A stretch of DNA of 57,195 bases from Candidatus Bathyarchaeia archaeon (GTDB taxonomy: Archaea > Thermoproteota > Bathyarchaeia > Bathyarchaeales > Bathycorpusculaceae), in the NCBI GenBank assembly GCA_050012755.1, contig JBEKGO010000009.1, positions 1-57,195 on the forward strand. Reading direction: 5' to 3'. The position numbers and the translations under genes were made by a program. The notes below the pieces were generated by a model that was not told the origin of the DNA, made no database searches, and saw only the letters and a list, made by a program, of their open reading frames with translations. Shown here piece after piece: positions 30,028-38,745 of this stretch; position 1 is the first letter of the stretch; every line of letters begins with the position of its first letter.

Positions 30028-30141
30028 ATGATTGAAGAAACAAGCATACCCTTATTCGTGCTATGCACAAGCTCGCTGGTAGCAGCCTTCGCTTATTACA
30101 ACATAAAATATCGAAAATTCATCAAAGAACAATCAGCCTAA
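30028..30141 (+). CDS. 37-aa single-TM microprotein MIEETSIPLFVLCTSSLVAAFAYYNIKYRKFIKEQSA
   Basis: AGGAG RBS; hydrophobic segment followed by basic residues (positive-inside pattern). Confidence 0.6.
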   Translation: MIEETSIPLFVLCTSSLVAAFAYYNIKYRKFIKEQSA

Positions 30142-30278
30142 CCAAACACCGAAAAACAAGAAAGAGGTGACCAAACCTTCGAAAAACCAGTTAAAAGCCA
30201 AATCTAGCATTGAGGCGTCAAACTCTGTTTTCTCCTAAAGCACCTCTCTTTTTTTGTAAACAGATCTTAGAAATTAAT

Positions 30279-30355
30279 TGGAGCCCCGAGCGGGCTTTGC
30301 TCCCGCGGCCTGCTGCTTACGAGGCAGCCGCTCTACTGGGCTGAGCCATCGAGGC
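30279..30355 (-). tRNA. tRNA-Thr(CGU), CCA encoded, non-canonical D and T loops
   Basis: Cloverleaf GCCTCGA/TCGGGGC, GCTC/GAGC, GCTGC-CTCGTAA-GCAGC, GCGGG-AGCAAAG-CCCGC, U73-CCA; TTTAAA ~30 nt upstream. Confidence 0.88.
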
Positions 30356-30638
30356 ACTGTACTTGCTAATCAGTGAAGCCCAAGTTTTTAAATGTTTTAT
30401 CGCGTTAAGCTATGTTGAAAACACCAATTTGTACTTACAAAAGCACTTTTTTCAGTTGAAACAGGTGTTTGATTTTATGTAACGCCTTGTTGAAAAATAT
30501 TTTGAGCTTCTAGAACCATCTAGTTTACCCGGTAGTCCTACTGAGCGCACAAATACGTATTCAGGCCACCTAAGCGTCAATTTTAAAAGCGTTAGACGAC
30601 CTAATATTTTGATTTGAGGGTTTTAAGGGGTATATTAT

Positions 30639-31670
30639 ATGGACAACGATAGAACTGGAAGCGACCGGTATTCAAGCGAGAAAAGCACCGATTTGGGCGA
30701 ACGCAAAATAATCGAGATTCTTGCAAGCTACTTTGATCCCATGCCTAATTTGCCTGTACCCTTCGGAGATGACGTTGCCGCGGTTAATTTGGATCAAAAA
30801 CAAGTTGCTGTTCTGAAAACTGACATGCTTGTTGGTAAAACCGATGTACCGAGAAATATGAGTTTATGGCAAGCAGCCCGCAAAGCAATTATTATGAACA
30901 TTAGCGACTTTGCCTCTAAAGGTGCTCAGCCAACAGCAGTTCTTGTGTCGCTTGGCTTACCAAGAGATTTTATGCGTAAAGACATTGAAGAGATTGCCCG
31001 TGGATTAAATGCTGGAGCACGTGAATACGGCGCTTACGTTATTGGCGGCGACACAGGTGAAGCTTCAGACCTGATTATTTCAATTTCACTTTTTGGAACT
31101 GCTGAAAAAACAGCGTTAATGTTGCGCAGTGGAGCTAAGCCAGGCGATATTTTAGCGGTTACAGGATTCTTCGGCAAATCTGCGTCTGGTTTACGCTTGC
31201 TTACGGATAATTATTCTCTGTCGCCAAATCTTCGCGAGGTATTATTAAATGCTGTTTGTATGCCTAAGGCTAAGCTGAAAGAGGGGTTGGCACTTAGCCG
31301 CTCAGGCGCAGTCTCAGCTTCCATTGATTCCAGCGACGGGTTAGCTTGGAGTTTACATGAAATTGGAAAAAGGAGCGGGGTTGGTTTTACCGTTAACAGC
31401 GTTCCAGTCGCCGACGAAGTTAAGCGATTTGCAGAGTTTAACCACCTTAATCCTTTGGAACTATCACTTTACGGCGGCGAAGAATACGAGCTTGTAGTAA
31501 CAATTAAGCCAAAAGGATGGGATGATGCCGAAACTGCAGTGGAAGCAGTTGGCGGACGTCTTTTGCCAATAGGAAAAGTGACAAAAGATCGGCAAGTGCT
31601 TTTGGATGTTGACGGTCAGAAACGCGCTATTGAAGCCCGCGGATGGGAGCACTTCAAGAGCAAGATTTAG
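30639..31670 (+). CDS. thiL: Thiamine-monophosphate kinase
   Basis: GE..II, GDDVA, KTDML, NISDFAS.GA.P, GGDT, IDSSDGL, GGEEYEL. Confidence 0.95.
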   Translation: MDNDRTGSDRYSSEKSTDLGERKIIEILASYFDPMPNLPVPFGDDVAAVNLDQKQVAVLKTDMLVGKTDVPRNMSLWQAARKAIIMNISDFASKGAQPTAVLVSLGLPRDFMRKDIEEIARGLNAGAREYGAYVIGGDTGEASDLIISISLFGTAEKTALMLRSGAKPGDILAVTGFFGKSASGLRLLTDNYSLSPNLREVLLNAVCMPKAKLKEGLALSRSGAVSASIDSSDGLAWSLHEIGKRSGVGFTVNSVPVADEVKRFAEFNHLNPLELSLYGGEEYELVVTIKPKGWDDAETAVEAVGGRLLPIGKVTKDRQVLLDVDGQKRAIEARGWEHFKSKI

Positions 31671-32239
31671 GATTTAGCTTGCCGATCAAGCAGATAATTA
31701 ATTATTGTAATGCATGAAGCAGCCAAGTAGGGCTGTTTGCCTAAACTGATTTTTTTACCATATCGTAGGGCAAAAGTTTCTGCTTTTTTAGGCATCCCAA
31801 CATGATCGCCCAGAACAAAAACAGCATTCTCCGAAAGCTCTGTTTCAGTTATGTCTTTTCCACCTTCTTCCAAGACATATACTTTGTGCGATTGGGCTTC
31901 TGTTTTGAGCAAGGCTTCAAAGCCTGATTTATCAACGCTAATGCCAGGGTGGGACTTACCAGCGATCACTTTTCTTAGGATTTGCTGCCACGTGTCCACA
32001 TCTGTCCGCACATCATAGATTGTATTGCCGTCGATTCGAATGTGACGTGGCGGATTTGGTGGACCATTCAGTACTGTATGGAATGTTACATTTCTTCGGA
32101 TACCATGGGAAAGGAAAAGACTGGCGACTATGCACTCGTAAACTATGTCTAATCTTCCGGCATCATGAAGATTGTTGAATGCCACGTTGGTTTTTCCCAT
32201 ACGTGAGAAAAGAATGAATTCACGTGCCAAATTATTCAC
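31667..32239 (-). CDS. trmY: tRNA (pseudouridine54-N1)-methyltransferase, SPOUT family
   Basis: AGRLDI, LFLSHGIR, L.GPP.PP, FVLGDH.G, ISLG. Confidence 0.9.
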   Translation of the reverse strand: MNNLAREFILFSRMGKTNVAFNNLHDAGRLDIVYECIVASLFLSHGIRRNVTFHTVLNGPPNPPRHIRIDGNTIYDVRTDVDTWQQILRKVIAGKSHPGISVDKSGFEALLKTEAQSHKVYVLEEGGKDITETELSENAVFVLGDHVGMPKKAETFALRYGKKISLGKQPYLAASCITIINYLLDRQAKS

Positions 32240-32366
32240 TAATTAGGGTTATACCCTATTTGCTTTAAAGTGCTTTCCTGCCACTATGAATCGGGAAATG
32301 GGAGATTTATGTAGAGTCTAGACCAGTTAATATGTTGCTTATTTCAACTACTTCAAGAAATATTGC

Positions 32367-32394
32367 GATGCCAAAATAGGCATATTTTGGTGTT
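32367..32394 (-). terminator. Hairpin after the roadblock operon (possible terminator)
   Basis: CCAAAATA-GGCA-TATTTTGG inverted repeat at 32371-32390, just past the 32412 stop. Confidence 0.4.
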
Positions 32395-32411
32395 TTAAAA
32401 AATATCTTATT

Positions 32412-32822
32412 CTAAAGTAAAATTCTTTTTATGATCGAAACGTGATTTACACTTTTTTCCAAAAAAACGTCTATTTTATTTTCATCCATACTCAAACAGA
32501 GTATTTTGATATTTTCGCCTTCAAGTAAAATGCTCTCTGGAGCTCCTAGATTGAACTGTTTTGCCATCTCAACGCTGGATTCGTGAATTTCAGAAGTTAG
32601 GATGGCATACTGAAATATCTTATCGGAATCCTCTACGTCAATTATTGCTGAAGTGCTGCTTCTAAGAATATAGCCTGTTACGCCTTTGAGCTTACGGATT
32701 TCAGCCAGACTTGCGCTCAGGCTTGCGAATGACGAATTTTCTTCACTAACTTCTTCGCTAACTGTTGTTACGGTAATTCCATTTGAGAACTCTGTTTCGG
32801 GACTTGTTTTTTGCTTCAACAA
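32412..32822 (-). CDS. Roadblock/LC7 (MglB-like) domain protein
   Basis: L.EI..L.GV.GYIL, helix, then LG..ESILLEGEN.KILC......I.VF: the roadblock alpha-beta2-alpha-beta3 pattern. Confidence 0.75.
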   Translation of the reverse strand: MLKQKTSPETEFSNGITVTTVSEEVSEENSSFASLSASLAEIRKLKGVTGYILRSSTSAIIDVEDSDKIFQYAILTSEIHESSVEMAKQFNLGAPESILLEGENIKILCLSMDENKIDVFLEKSVNHVSIIKRILL

Positions 32823-32838
32823 TTTCTGGCCCCAATAA

Positions 32839-33648
32839 CTAGGTAATTACTGGTTTAACAATTACGAGTTTTCCTTTGCCAGTTTGCAGGGTTTGAAGGA
32901 TTTTATCTGGAATTTGTATTACGCTCCGGGCATTGCTGTTTGCTTCTCTTATGGCTTTGAATTTACAGGTTATTGTTTTACCCTCTAATGTTTCAATATG
33001 TATCTCGGTGATTTTCTTGTGACTGTAGAGGTTGATCCATTTTGCTATTACATCACTATTTACACGCACAGTATCGGGCGCTACAAGTAATCCTCCGATT
33101 TTTTCTACCATAAACTGGGTTACGGGCGGTTTGGGAAGAAGCAGCTCAGAACTAAACATTTCCGGCTCCTCAGGAATTAACTCTTCAGGTACCGGTTCTG
33201 GATTTGGCAAAATCGGTTCTTCAATCGGTTTATCTTGAGGCCCAGTGGTTTTTGGCAACCCTCTTTCTGAAAGTTCGTCCATAAGCCCTACAACGGCTGG
33301 AACAAGAACACAGGTTAAACTTTTCACAATCTTCTCGTCGGCGTCACGAGAAAAAACTGTTGCAAAATACTGGTTATTCATGCATGTAATGCTTAATTGG
33401 CTGTCTGCCCCCTGAACGGATACCGTTTTGACGCTACCTATAATTTCAGCTTTGGAAGATATGCCATTGAAGGCAGTGACCAAATTCTTGCTTTGCTCAT
33501 CAGTCGTGGCTCCGTCTGAAGCAACTATTTCTCCATTGGCTTTGAATATGAAGGCTTTGGTTATTTCTGGACTTAGATTTTTCAATTCAGCGATTATTGT
33601 TTGTAATGTTTTGGCATGTGCTTCAGTAACTTTTTTTGAGCCTTCCAG
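32839..33648 (-). CDS. Roadblock-like domain + Pro/Glu linker + double-psi beta-barrel-like C-terminal domain
   Basis: EITKAFIF..NGEIVASD N-domain; VRV...VIQIP..IL..L....G.LV.VKP C-domain; reading frame and helix 1 extend upstream of the TTG at 33585, so the start is uncertain. Confidence 0.65.
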   Translation of the reverse strand: MEGSKKVTEAHAKTLQTIIAELKNLSPEITKAFIFKANGEIVASDGATTDEQSKNLVTAFNGISSKAEIIGSVKTVSVQGADSQLSITCMNNQYFATVFSRDADEKIVKSLTCVLVPAVVGLMDELSERGLPKTTGPQDKPIEEPILPNPEPVPEELIPEEPEMFSSELLLPKPPVTQFMVEKIGGLLVAPDTVRVNSDVIAKWINLYSHKKITEIHIETLEGKTITCKFKAIREANSNARSVIQIPDKILQTLQTGKGKLVIVKPVIT

Positions 33649-33656
33649 CTTGAGGC

Positions 33657-34082
33657 TTAGGTTATTTTGAATAAAATTCGTTCTGGAACGCCTTCATCTT
33701 CCAAGACAAGGTATCTGAGACCTTCAGTGTCGCCGAGTTGATCAAGCCATTTTAGTGCTTCACGAACTTTCTGCAAAACCAAAAGTCGTTCTTGATGGCT
33801 GCGCACGACGGATTCTATGGCCGTTAACTCATGAAATGCGTTAGCATCTAGAATAATGTTTAATGTGCCTACGGTTACTTCGCTTGGGTTTTCGCTGTTG
33901 GGTTTTTTGCCTGCAAGTTTCATTACGACTTCGCGGACTTTTTTTGATTTTTCCGCTAACGTACGGATTTCGTCTAATCGACGCAGGTATTCGCCTAGTA
34001 TGCTTTTGGTTTCCGAAAGCTGGGTATCTAAAGCCTCGGCTATTGCTTGAGCTGAATTATATTCTTTTATTTGTGTTACCAT
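33657..34082 (-). CDS. Conserved-looking coiled-coil protein (helix - beta hairpin - helix)
   Basis: 141 aa; GAGGAG RBS; two heptad helices flanking a short beta segment. Confidence 0.75.
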   Translation of the reverse strand: MVTQIKEYNSAQAIAEALDTQLSETKSILGEYLRRLDEIRTLAEKSKKVREVVMKLAGKKPNSENPSEVTVGTLNIILDANAFHELTAIESVVRSHQERLLVLQKVREALKWLDQLGDTEGLRYLVLEDEGVPERILFKIT

Positions 34083-34190
34083 GTTTTTTTACTCCTCAAT
34101 TTTTTTACATAAGAAAGAGGAAAGTTGGGTGATTTTTTTCACCTTACCCCTGAGTTTTCAGATTCCTAAGATTGCGGAAACTTTGTTAGT

Positions 34191-34640
34191 TTATGGTGCG
34201 CTGTATGTGGCTGTGTACGTAACTGTGTTTCCTTTAGCAGTTTGCAGTTTTATAACGTATTGCGCACTATCAACAAAGGGAGCGGAGCTGAGGCCACTTA
34301 AGGTTACGGTAATGGTTTGTGAGGTACCTTTAGCAATTGCTAGAGTTCCGGAAGCAACTGCAGTTTGTCCATCTATAGTTGCTGCAGATTCTATGGTCAC
34401 TGTAGAAGAACCTTTGTTTTGAACGTTACAAGTAGCTGTGCCGCCAGTTGTGCCAACGTTAGCCAATACAACGTTTGTTATTGACGCTTGTTCTGCGTTT
34501 CCCATGAGTCCGATGGTCATTCCTCCCATCCATGCTGCGACGACAACGCTGACTGCGACTGTGACTGCGATAAGTATGATTGATGCGACTACGGGGCTTA
34601 GGGCTTTTGCATTTTTCTTAAATTTTCTAATGTAGTTCAT
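34191..34640 (-). CDS. Archaeal type IV pilin (class III signal peptide)
   Basis: KKNAKA|LSPVVASIILIAVTVAVSVVVAAW; AAGGAGGT RBS; beta-rich C-terminus. Confidence 0.92.
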   Translation of the reverse strand: MNYIRKFKKNAKALSPVVASIILIAVTVAVSVVVAAWMGGMTIGLMGNAEQASITNVVLANVGTTGGTATCNVQNKGSSTVTIESAATIDGQTAVASGTLAIAKGTSQTITVTLSGLSSAPFVDSAQYVIKLQTAKGNTVTYTATYSAP

Positions 34641-34795
34641 TTTTTTGTTTAACCTCCTTTGAAGGTTAGTTGAAGTAGTTTCGCTCATTAGCCCTAATAA
34701 ATATTACGACTCAATATACAATACTATATGTGCGTTCAACACAAATACAAAATAAAAAAGATAGAAAGCAAAAAACAAAATTAAAAAAAGAATAT

Positions 34796-35140
34796 TTAAG
34801 TGCTAATCTCGTCGAATAAACCAAGAAGAAGCTTTGCTATTTTTTCACCGGATTCAGTTTTGACATAATACTTTTTTAGCGGATCAATGCGTTCGCTCTT
34901 AGCTAAACCTAAAGATTCGATCTCAATCATCCTTGCCCTGAAAGTTCCGTCGCTTAGTGTAAGCTTATTTTTGCGCATGAAGTCTTTGGCGTCTTTCCAT
35001 TTGCCGCGACCAGTGTGAAGCAGCATCAAACAATCAATCGCATGATCTTTCTCGAGCATCGCTTTAATTGGAGACAGCTTTGGGTCTGTTAGCACATGTT
35101 TTATCTTTTCTTCTTCCACATTTTTCACCATTTCAGACAC
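34796..35140 (-). CDS. Winged helix-turn-helix protein
   Basis: LSDGTFRARM.EIE.LGL....Y..TESGEKIA pattern; GGAGTG RBS. Confidence 0.75.
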   Translation of the reverse strand: MSEMVKNVEEEKIKHVLTDPKLSPIKAMLEKDHAIDCLMLLHTGRGKWKDAKDFMRKNKLTLSDGTFRARMIEIESLGLAKSERIDPLKKYYVKTESGEKIAKLLLGLFDEIST

Positions 35141-35579
35141 TCCTTTCTTTATTTGTTTATGATTAAAAATTCGTCTGCGCTTTTAAACCAATATTACGAA
35201 ATGCGAAACATATCTGCAGACGTCTTCCTCCCGAATCAAGTAATTAAACAGAACCTCTTTATAAATAATACCAAACAAGCGCAAAAATGCTACACAGTCA
35301 CCATTATTAGTTCTAAAAATGGAATTGGAATCATCAGGATGCTAAGAAATTTGAAATTAAATTGCAGCAAAGCCACGGCAGGGAATCTAGCGAAACGGTT
35401 ACGATAAAAAGATTTAACGTACAACGCGCATTATACCCAAACAGATTAGAACCTCAAGAGGCAAAAAAATGGCTGCATACATTGAAACCACATATGAAAA
35501 TCCAACATGGAACCAAATATATGATATGCTGCTTCTTCAAGCCCAAAAAATTCAAGTGGACGGAGTAGGAGCTTGAAAG

Positions 35580-36146
35580 TTGCTACATTGCCTTAAGGAA
35601 TATGGTAAGTGGATTGAAATAACAGGTTACAGGAACATATCGTTCGCTAAGGCGGAAGAGTTCCTGAAAGCCAACCGAAAAGAAATCAAGCAAACCGTTG
35701 AGATGCAATTTTTCGATGCAGAATTAATTGCTAGTCAACAGCATTTGTACTTTGCAGCGTTGAACGCGTTGCAAGCCTTCCAAAACAAAACAAACATTTC
35801 AAAAAGCCCAGCTATGGAGACTATGCTTTACGCTTCTGCACAACGGCAAATACAAAGAGCTATCCAACAGTGTGGCATAAAGCCAGAAACCAAAAGCATG
35901 GCAGTTTTAATTATTGGCGAAAAACCAAATCTTCTAAGATCCATTCTTGAAGCAATCAGTGAATATGTCGGCGTGGAGCCGGATGAGAAAGTTCTTGAAA
36001 TGTCAAAGGCCAAGGAAAAGAAAATAATCAAATCTTTCCAAATTACCGATGAAGAGGTAAAGACGATCATTAAAAATGATGACCGTGAAGCGGCAGTAGT
36101 CAACTTGGTTATTGAGCGAGCTGCCTTGCTTTCAACTCAAATTTAA
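35580..36146 (+). CDS. cgi121: KEOPS complex subunit Cgi121
   Basis: QFFDA..IAS..HL.FA..NA, NISKS..ME.MLYASAQRQI..AI...G. Confidence 0.9.
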   Translation: MLHCLKEYGKWIEITGYRNISFAKAEEFLKANRKEIKQTVEMQFFDAELIASQQHLYFAALNALQAFQNKTNISKSPAMETMLYASAQRQIQRAIQQCGIKPETKSMAVLIIGEKPNLLRSILEAISEYVGVEPDEKVLEMSKAKEKKIIKSFQITDEEVKTIIKNDDREAAVVNLVIERAALLSTQI

Positions 36147-36670
36147 AGCATTTTCTCTTTAATAACTGCCAAAATGTCGCTGGATTTGAGCAACGATACG
36201 CCTGTTAAAGCTCCAAGAACTTCAATAAGCAATATTTTGTCTGGGTTTTCAAGGTCTGCTTTGCGTTTGATATCGCCTGCTGCTGCCTCGATAATGTCTT
36301 TTGAGTGAAGCGTCGTAAAGCGTTTTTCAACTGTAACTCGGAAAGTTTCTCGCTCGCCGATTCCGGCGGCTAACTCTTGAGATACCCGCTTTATTTCTTC
36401 CAAGCTAGTCGGTACAACGCGTTTAATGGGCAAAATTCTCAGAGCATAGCGGAACTCATAAGGGCGCTCCATTAGAATAGCACGCAACTTTCCTATTGCG
36501 TCGCAGGGATCAAATGTTGTTTTGCCAACGATTAAACCTCTGACTTTGGTTTTGCTTACTTGGGCTTCTGCATCACCCAATTGTTCCTTGAGAAGGTAGA
36601 GCAGTTCGTTGCACATTGGTCGCTCGTTTCTACGTGAAGTTGTAGCTACAAGATTGAAGCCATTAATCAT
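36143..36670 (-). CDS. THUMP-domain RNA-binding protein
   Basis: FNLVATT, R..P, TFRVTVEKR, DLENPDKI.LIEV. Confidence 0.88.
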   Translation of the reverse strand: MINGFNLVATTSRRNERPMCNELLYLLKEQLGDAEAQVSKTKVRGLIVGKTTFDPCDAIGKLRAILMERPYEFRYALRILPIKRVVPTSLEEIKRVSQELAAGIGERETFRVTVEKRFTTLHSKDIIEAAAGDIKRKADLENPDKILLIEVLGALTGVSLLKSSDILAVIKEKML

Positions 36671-36755
36671 AATAGTACTCTCAGAAGGGAAAATGCGGAC
36701 AGGTTATTTTTGCCTTTACCTTTAGACACATTTAAAAAATATTGCGCGGCTTTTT

Positions 36756-36819
36756 GGGTCAGTGATATTTGACGATTTCTCACAGCGTAGGGCTCGAAGC
36801 CGTCGCCTCACATCATCCC
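36756..36819 (-). ncRNA. Candidate box C/D guide sRNA
   Basis: GGG-ATGATGT (C-like)...CTGA-CCC (D) with a 3-bp terminal stem, 64 nt; upstream ATTAAAT TATA-like element. Confidence 0.5.
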
Positions 36820-36980
36820 GACCTTAAAATGAAGTCTTGGAGAATTTAATCGTTTTGTTAACTTTCACATATCATAGCGGACTGGCTTGACAAGAAAACA
36901 AATTCCATCTATCGACATGAAATGAGTATTCAATAATTAAAAAACGGAAAAAATTGGAGTTGAATTGCAAGCAGTTTTTT

Positions 36981-37574
36981 TTACGTTACCAATTGATTGA
37001 CAAAATCAGATGCTCGCGTGTTGAGGTCCTCGGTTTGCCCAATTTTCACTACGACAGCGTTCGATAGAGGTCCATTGTCTGAGAGAGCAGCGACAGAGTT
37101 TCTGATCATGGCTACATCGCTAGGTGATGTCGCACCTTGACCGCTTCCGAAGACGCCTACCCTCGTGAAAAAGTACGGTCCCGAACCCTGGCTTGCATGT
37201 CCAGGGCTCAAGTTATTTAAGTAATCTTTTACTGAAACGGTTGGCGAGCCTGCATAAATAGGTCCACCAACAACCACCACTCCATAGTCAGTTGTGTTTG
37301 TAACAACTGAGCTTTTTATGCCTGCCAAAGTAACAGTATAGCTTTGTGCTTGCAGGTCGCTGGCGATTTTGTCCGCAACGCCTTTTGCAGTTCCAGATAG
37401 TCCTGGATCATACACAACTAAGGCTTTTCCAACTGAAGTTCCTGTCGGCGTTAGAGTTTTTGATCCAGTTGCAGTATAGGCAGCCAGATCCAGAAATATT
37501 AATGCCGCAAAAGCAACAAAAATAATTATTACCACAGCGAATATTGCCAAGATTATTTTGAATATTTTTCTCAT
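36981..37574 (-). CDS. Membrane-anchored flavodoxin-like protein
   Basis: N-terminal TM helix; ALVVYDPGLSGT...A..IA, VVVGGPIYAG, VGVFGSG. Confidence 0.75.
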   Translation of the reverse strand: MRKIFKIILAIFAVVIIIFVAFAALIFLDLAAYTATGSKTLTPTGTSVGKALVVYDPGLSGTAKGVADKIASDLQAQSYTVTLAGIKSSVVTNTTDYGVVVVGGPIYAGSPTVSVKDYLNNLSPGHASQGSGPYFFTRVGVFGSGQGATSPSDVAMIRNSVAALSDNGPLSNAVVVKIGQTEDLNTRASDFVNQLVT

Positions 37575-37813
37575 TCTTACCCCTTCTTTGGTGGAAAGAA
37601 TCATTGTTCGACGTACATAAAAAACTATCTTGAACAGAAACCGAGATTATAGATAGCGAAGTGCTTGAAAAAATTAGTAGAAGAATCTGTCAATACTACA
37701 TGTTTTCTGGGCAAATATTCTCCAGTATTAACGACAGTTGACGAATCTAAATGTATTAAACTACCGCAGCTATACGTAGCATGAAAACGGTTTATGTGAG
37801 GTGAAAAATTCAG

Positions 37814-37882
37814 ATGATATTCGAAGAAGAAGATGAATGGGAAGAAGGCGAAGATGAAGAGTGGGAAGAAGAAGAATGGTAA
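37814..37882 (+). CDS. 22-aa acidic Trp-repeat micropeptide MIFEEEDEWEEGEDEEWEEEEW
   Basis: GAGGTGA RBS at 37798-37804, ATG at 37814, T-run after the stop. Confidence 0.6.
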   Translation: MIFEEEDEWEEGEDEEWEEEEW

Positions 37883-38109
37883 ACTAAACTCGAATATTTT
37901 TTTAATCTTTCTTTTAAGACAGAAATAGGCTGAGCGTTTGAGGTTTATTTTTTGAAAAACCGATGAAAATACTGGCACATGTATTCTCATCTTATAAGGA
38001 GATAGAAGCGCACTTAGTTTAAGCCATGAACTCTACGAGAAGAATTTACTTGTTCAGCGCGAGTGATACCTTCTATAGTTTTTTGTGTCACTGTTTTTCA
38101 ACATAGGTC

Positions 38110-38225
38110 AACATAGTTTCATGTACCGGGGGGTCTACTCGCCCTTATTTGCGAAACGTGAAAATCTGCTAGCTCACTTTAAATAGGGTATATAAATGCT
38201 AACATAGTTCCATGAACCGGGGGGG
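38110..38225 (+). repeat. Two 24-bp direct repeats with G-string (ORB-like), candidate replication origin element
   Basis: AACATAGTTTCATGTACCGGGGGG (38110) and AACATAGTTCCATGAACCGGGGGG (38201), 22/24 identical, with an AT-rich segment between. Confidence 0.55.
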
Positions 38226-38684
38226 AGTTAAAAGTAATCCCTTCTCAGAAACAACAAGTCGAAGCAATAAACGTCAAAGAATAAGCTGAAACTTCTCTCT
38301 ATCTAACTCTCTCCCAACAAAACAACAACATTAAAAATACACGCAAATAGCGCGCAAAGGCCAATTCTAAAACTGTAAATGGGCTTAACTTATGACTACT
38401 GTTAGACATCAATATTTGTTTATTTGGTTAAAATGGGAGGATAAGGTAACGACAAAACGGAGAGAAATCAATTCATGGGCGAATCAGCATGACATCTTGC
38501 GGCTCCAGAATTTGAGAGTAATAGAGAGGAGTAATAAAGAGTAGTTGTTGATAATCGTGGTCATTTTGTCTCAGAGTTTTTGTGTTTGGGGATTAAAATT
38601 TAATCTTTTTCTCTCTTGTGCACTACTACTCCCCTACTCACTATCGCTTACGCACGTTCTCCCATGCACGCCCCCGTGTCTAAT

Positions 38685-38745
38685 GTCTGTCACTGTCTGT
38701 GTGTCAGACTGTCAGTCAGTCACACACACAAAAAAACAAAAAACA
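38685..38745. repeat. Low-complexity GTCA/CTGT/CA simple-repeat tract
   Basis: gtctgtcactgtctgtgtgtcagactgtcagtcagtcacacacacaaaaaaacaaaaaac. Confidence 0.7.

Noticed and set aside
29700-30640. Integrated element at tRNA-Thr (also considered at tRNA-Gly)
   Set aside because: No integrase and no duplicated tRNA end (att site) noticed in the window
35096-35568. 103-aa and 68-aa ORFs between the wHTH gene and cgi121
   Set aside because: AT-rich divergent promoter region; no recognisable motifs or RBS
37625-37990. 121-aa Phe-rich minus-strand ORF
   Set aside because: Phe runs are the antisense of the GAA-rich acidic peptide gene
38110-38225. CRISPR mini-array interpretation of the 24-bp repeats
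   Set aside because: Only two copies, 67-nt spacer, G-string ends and no cas genes
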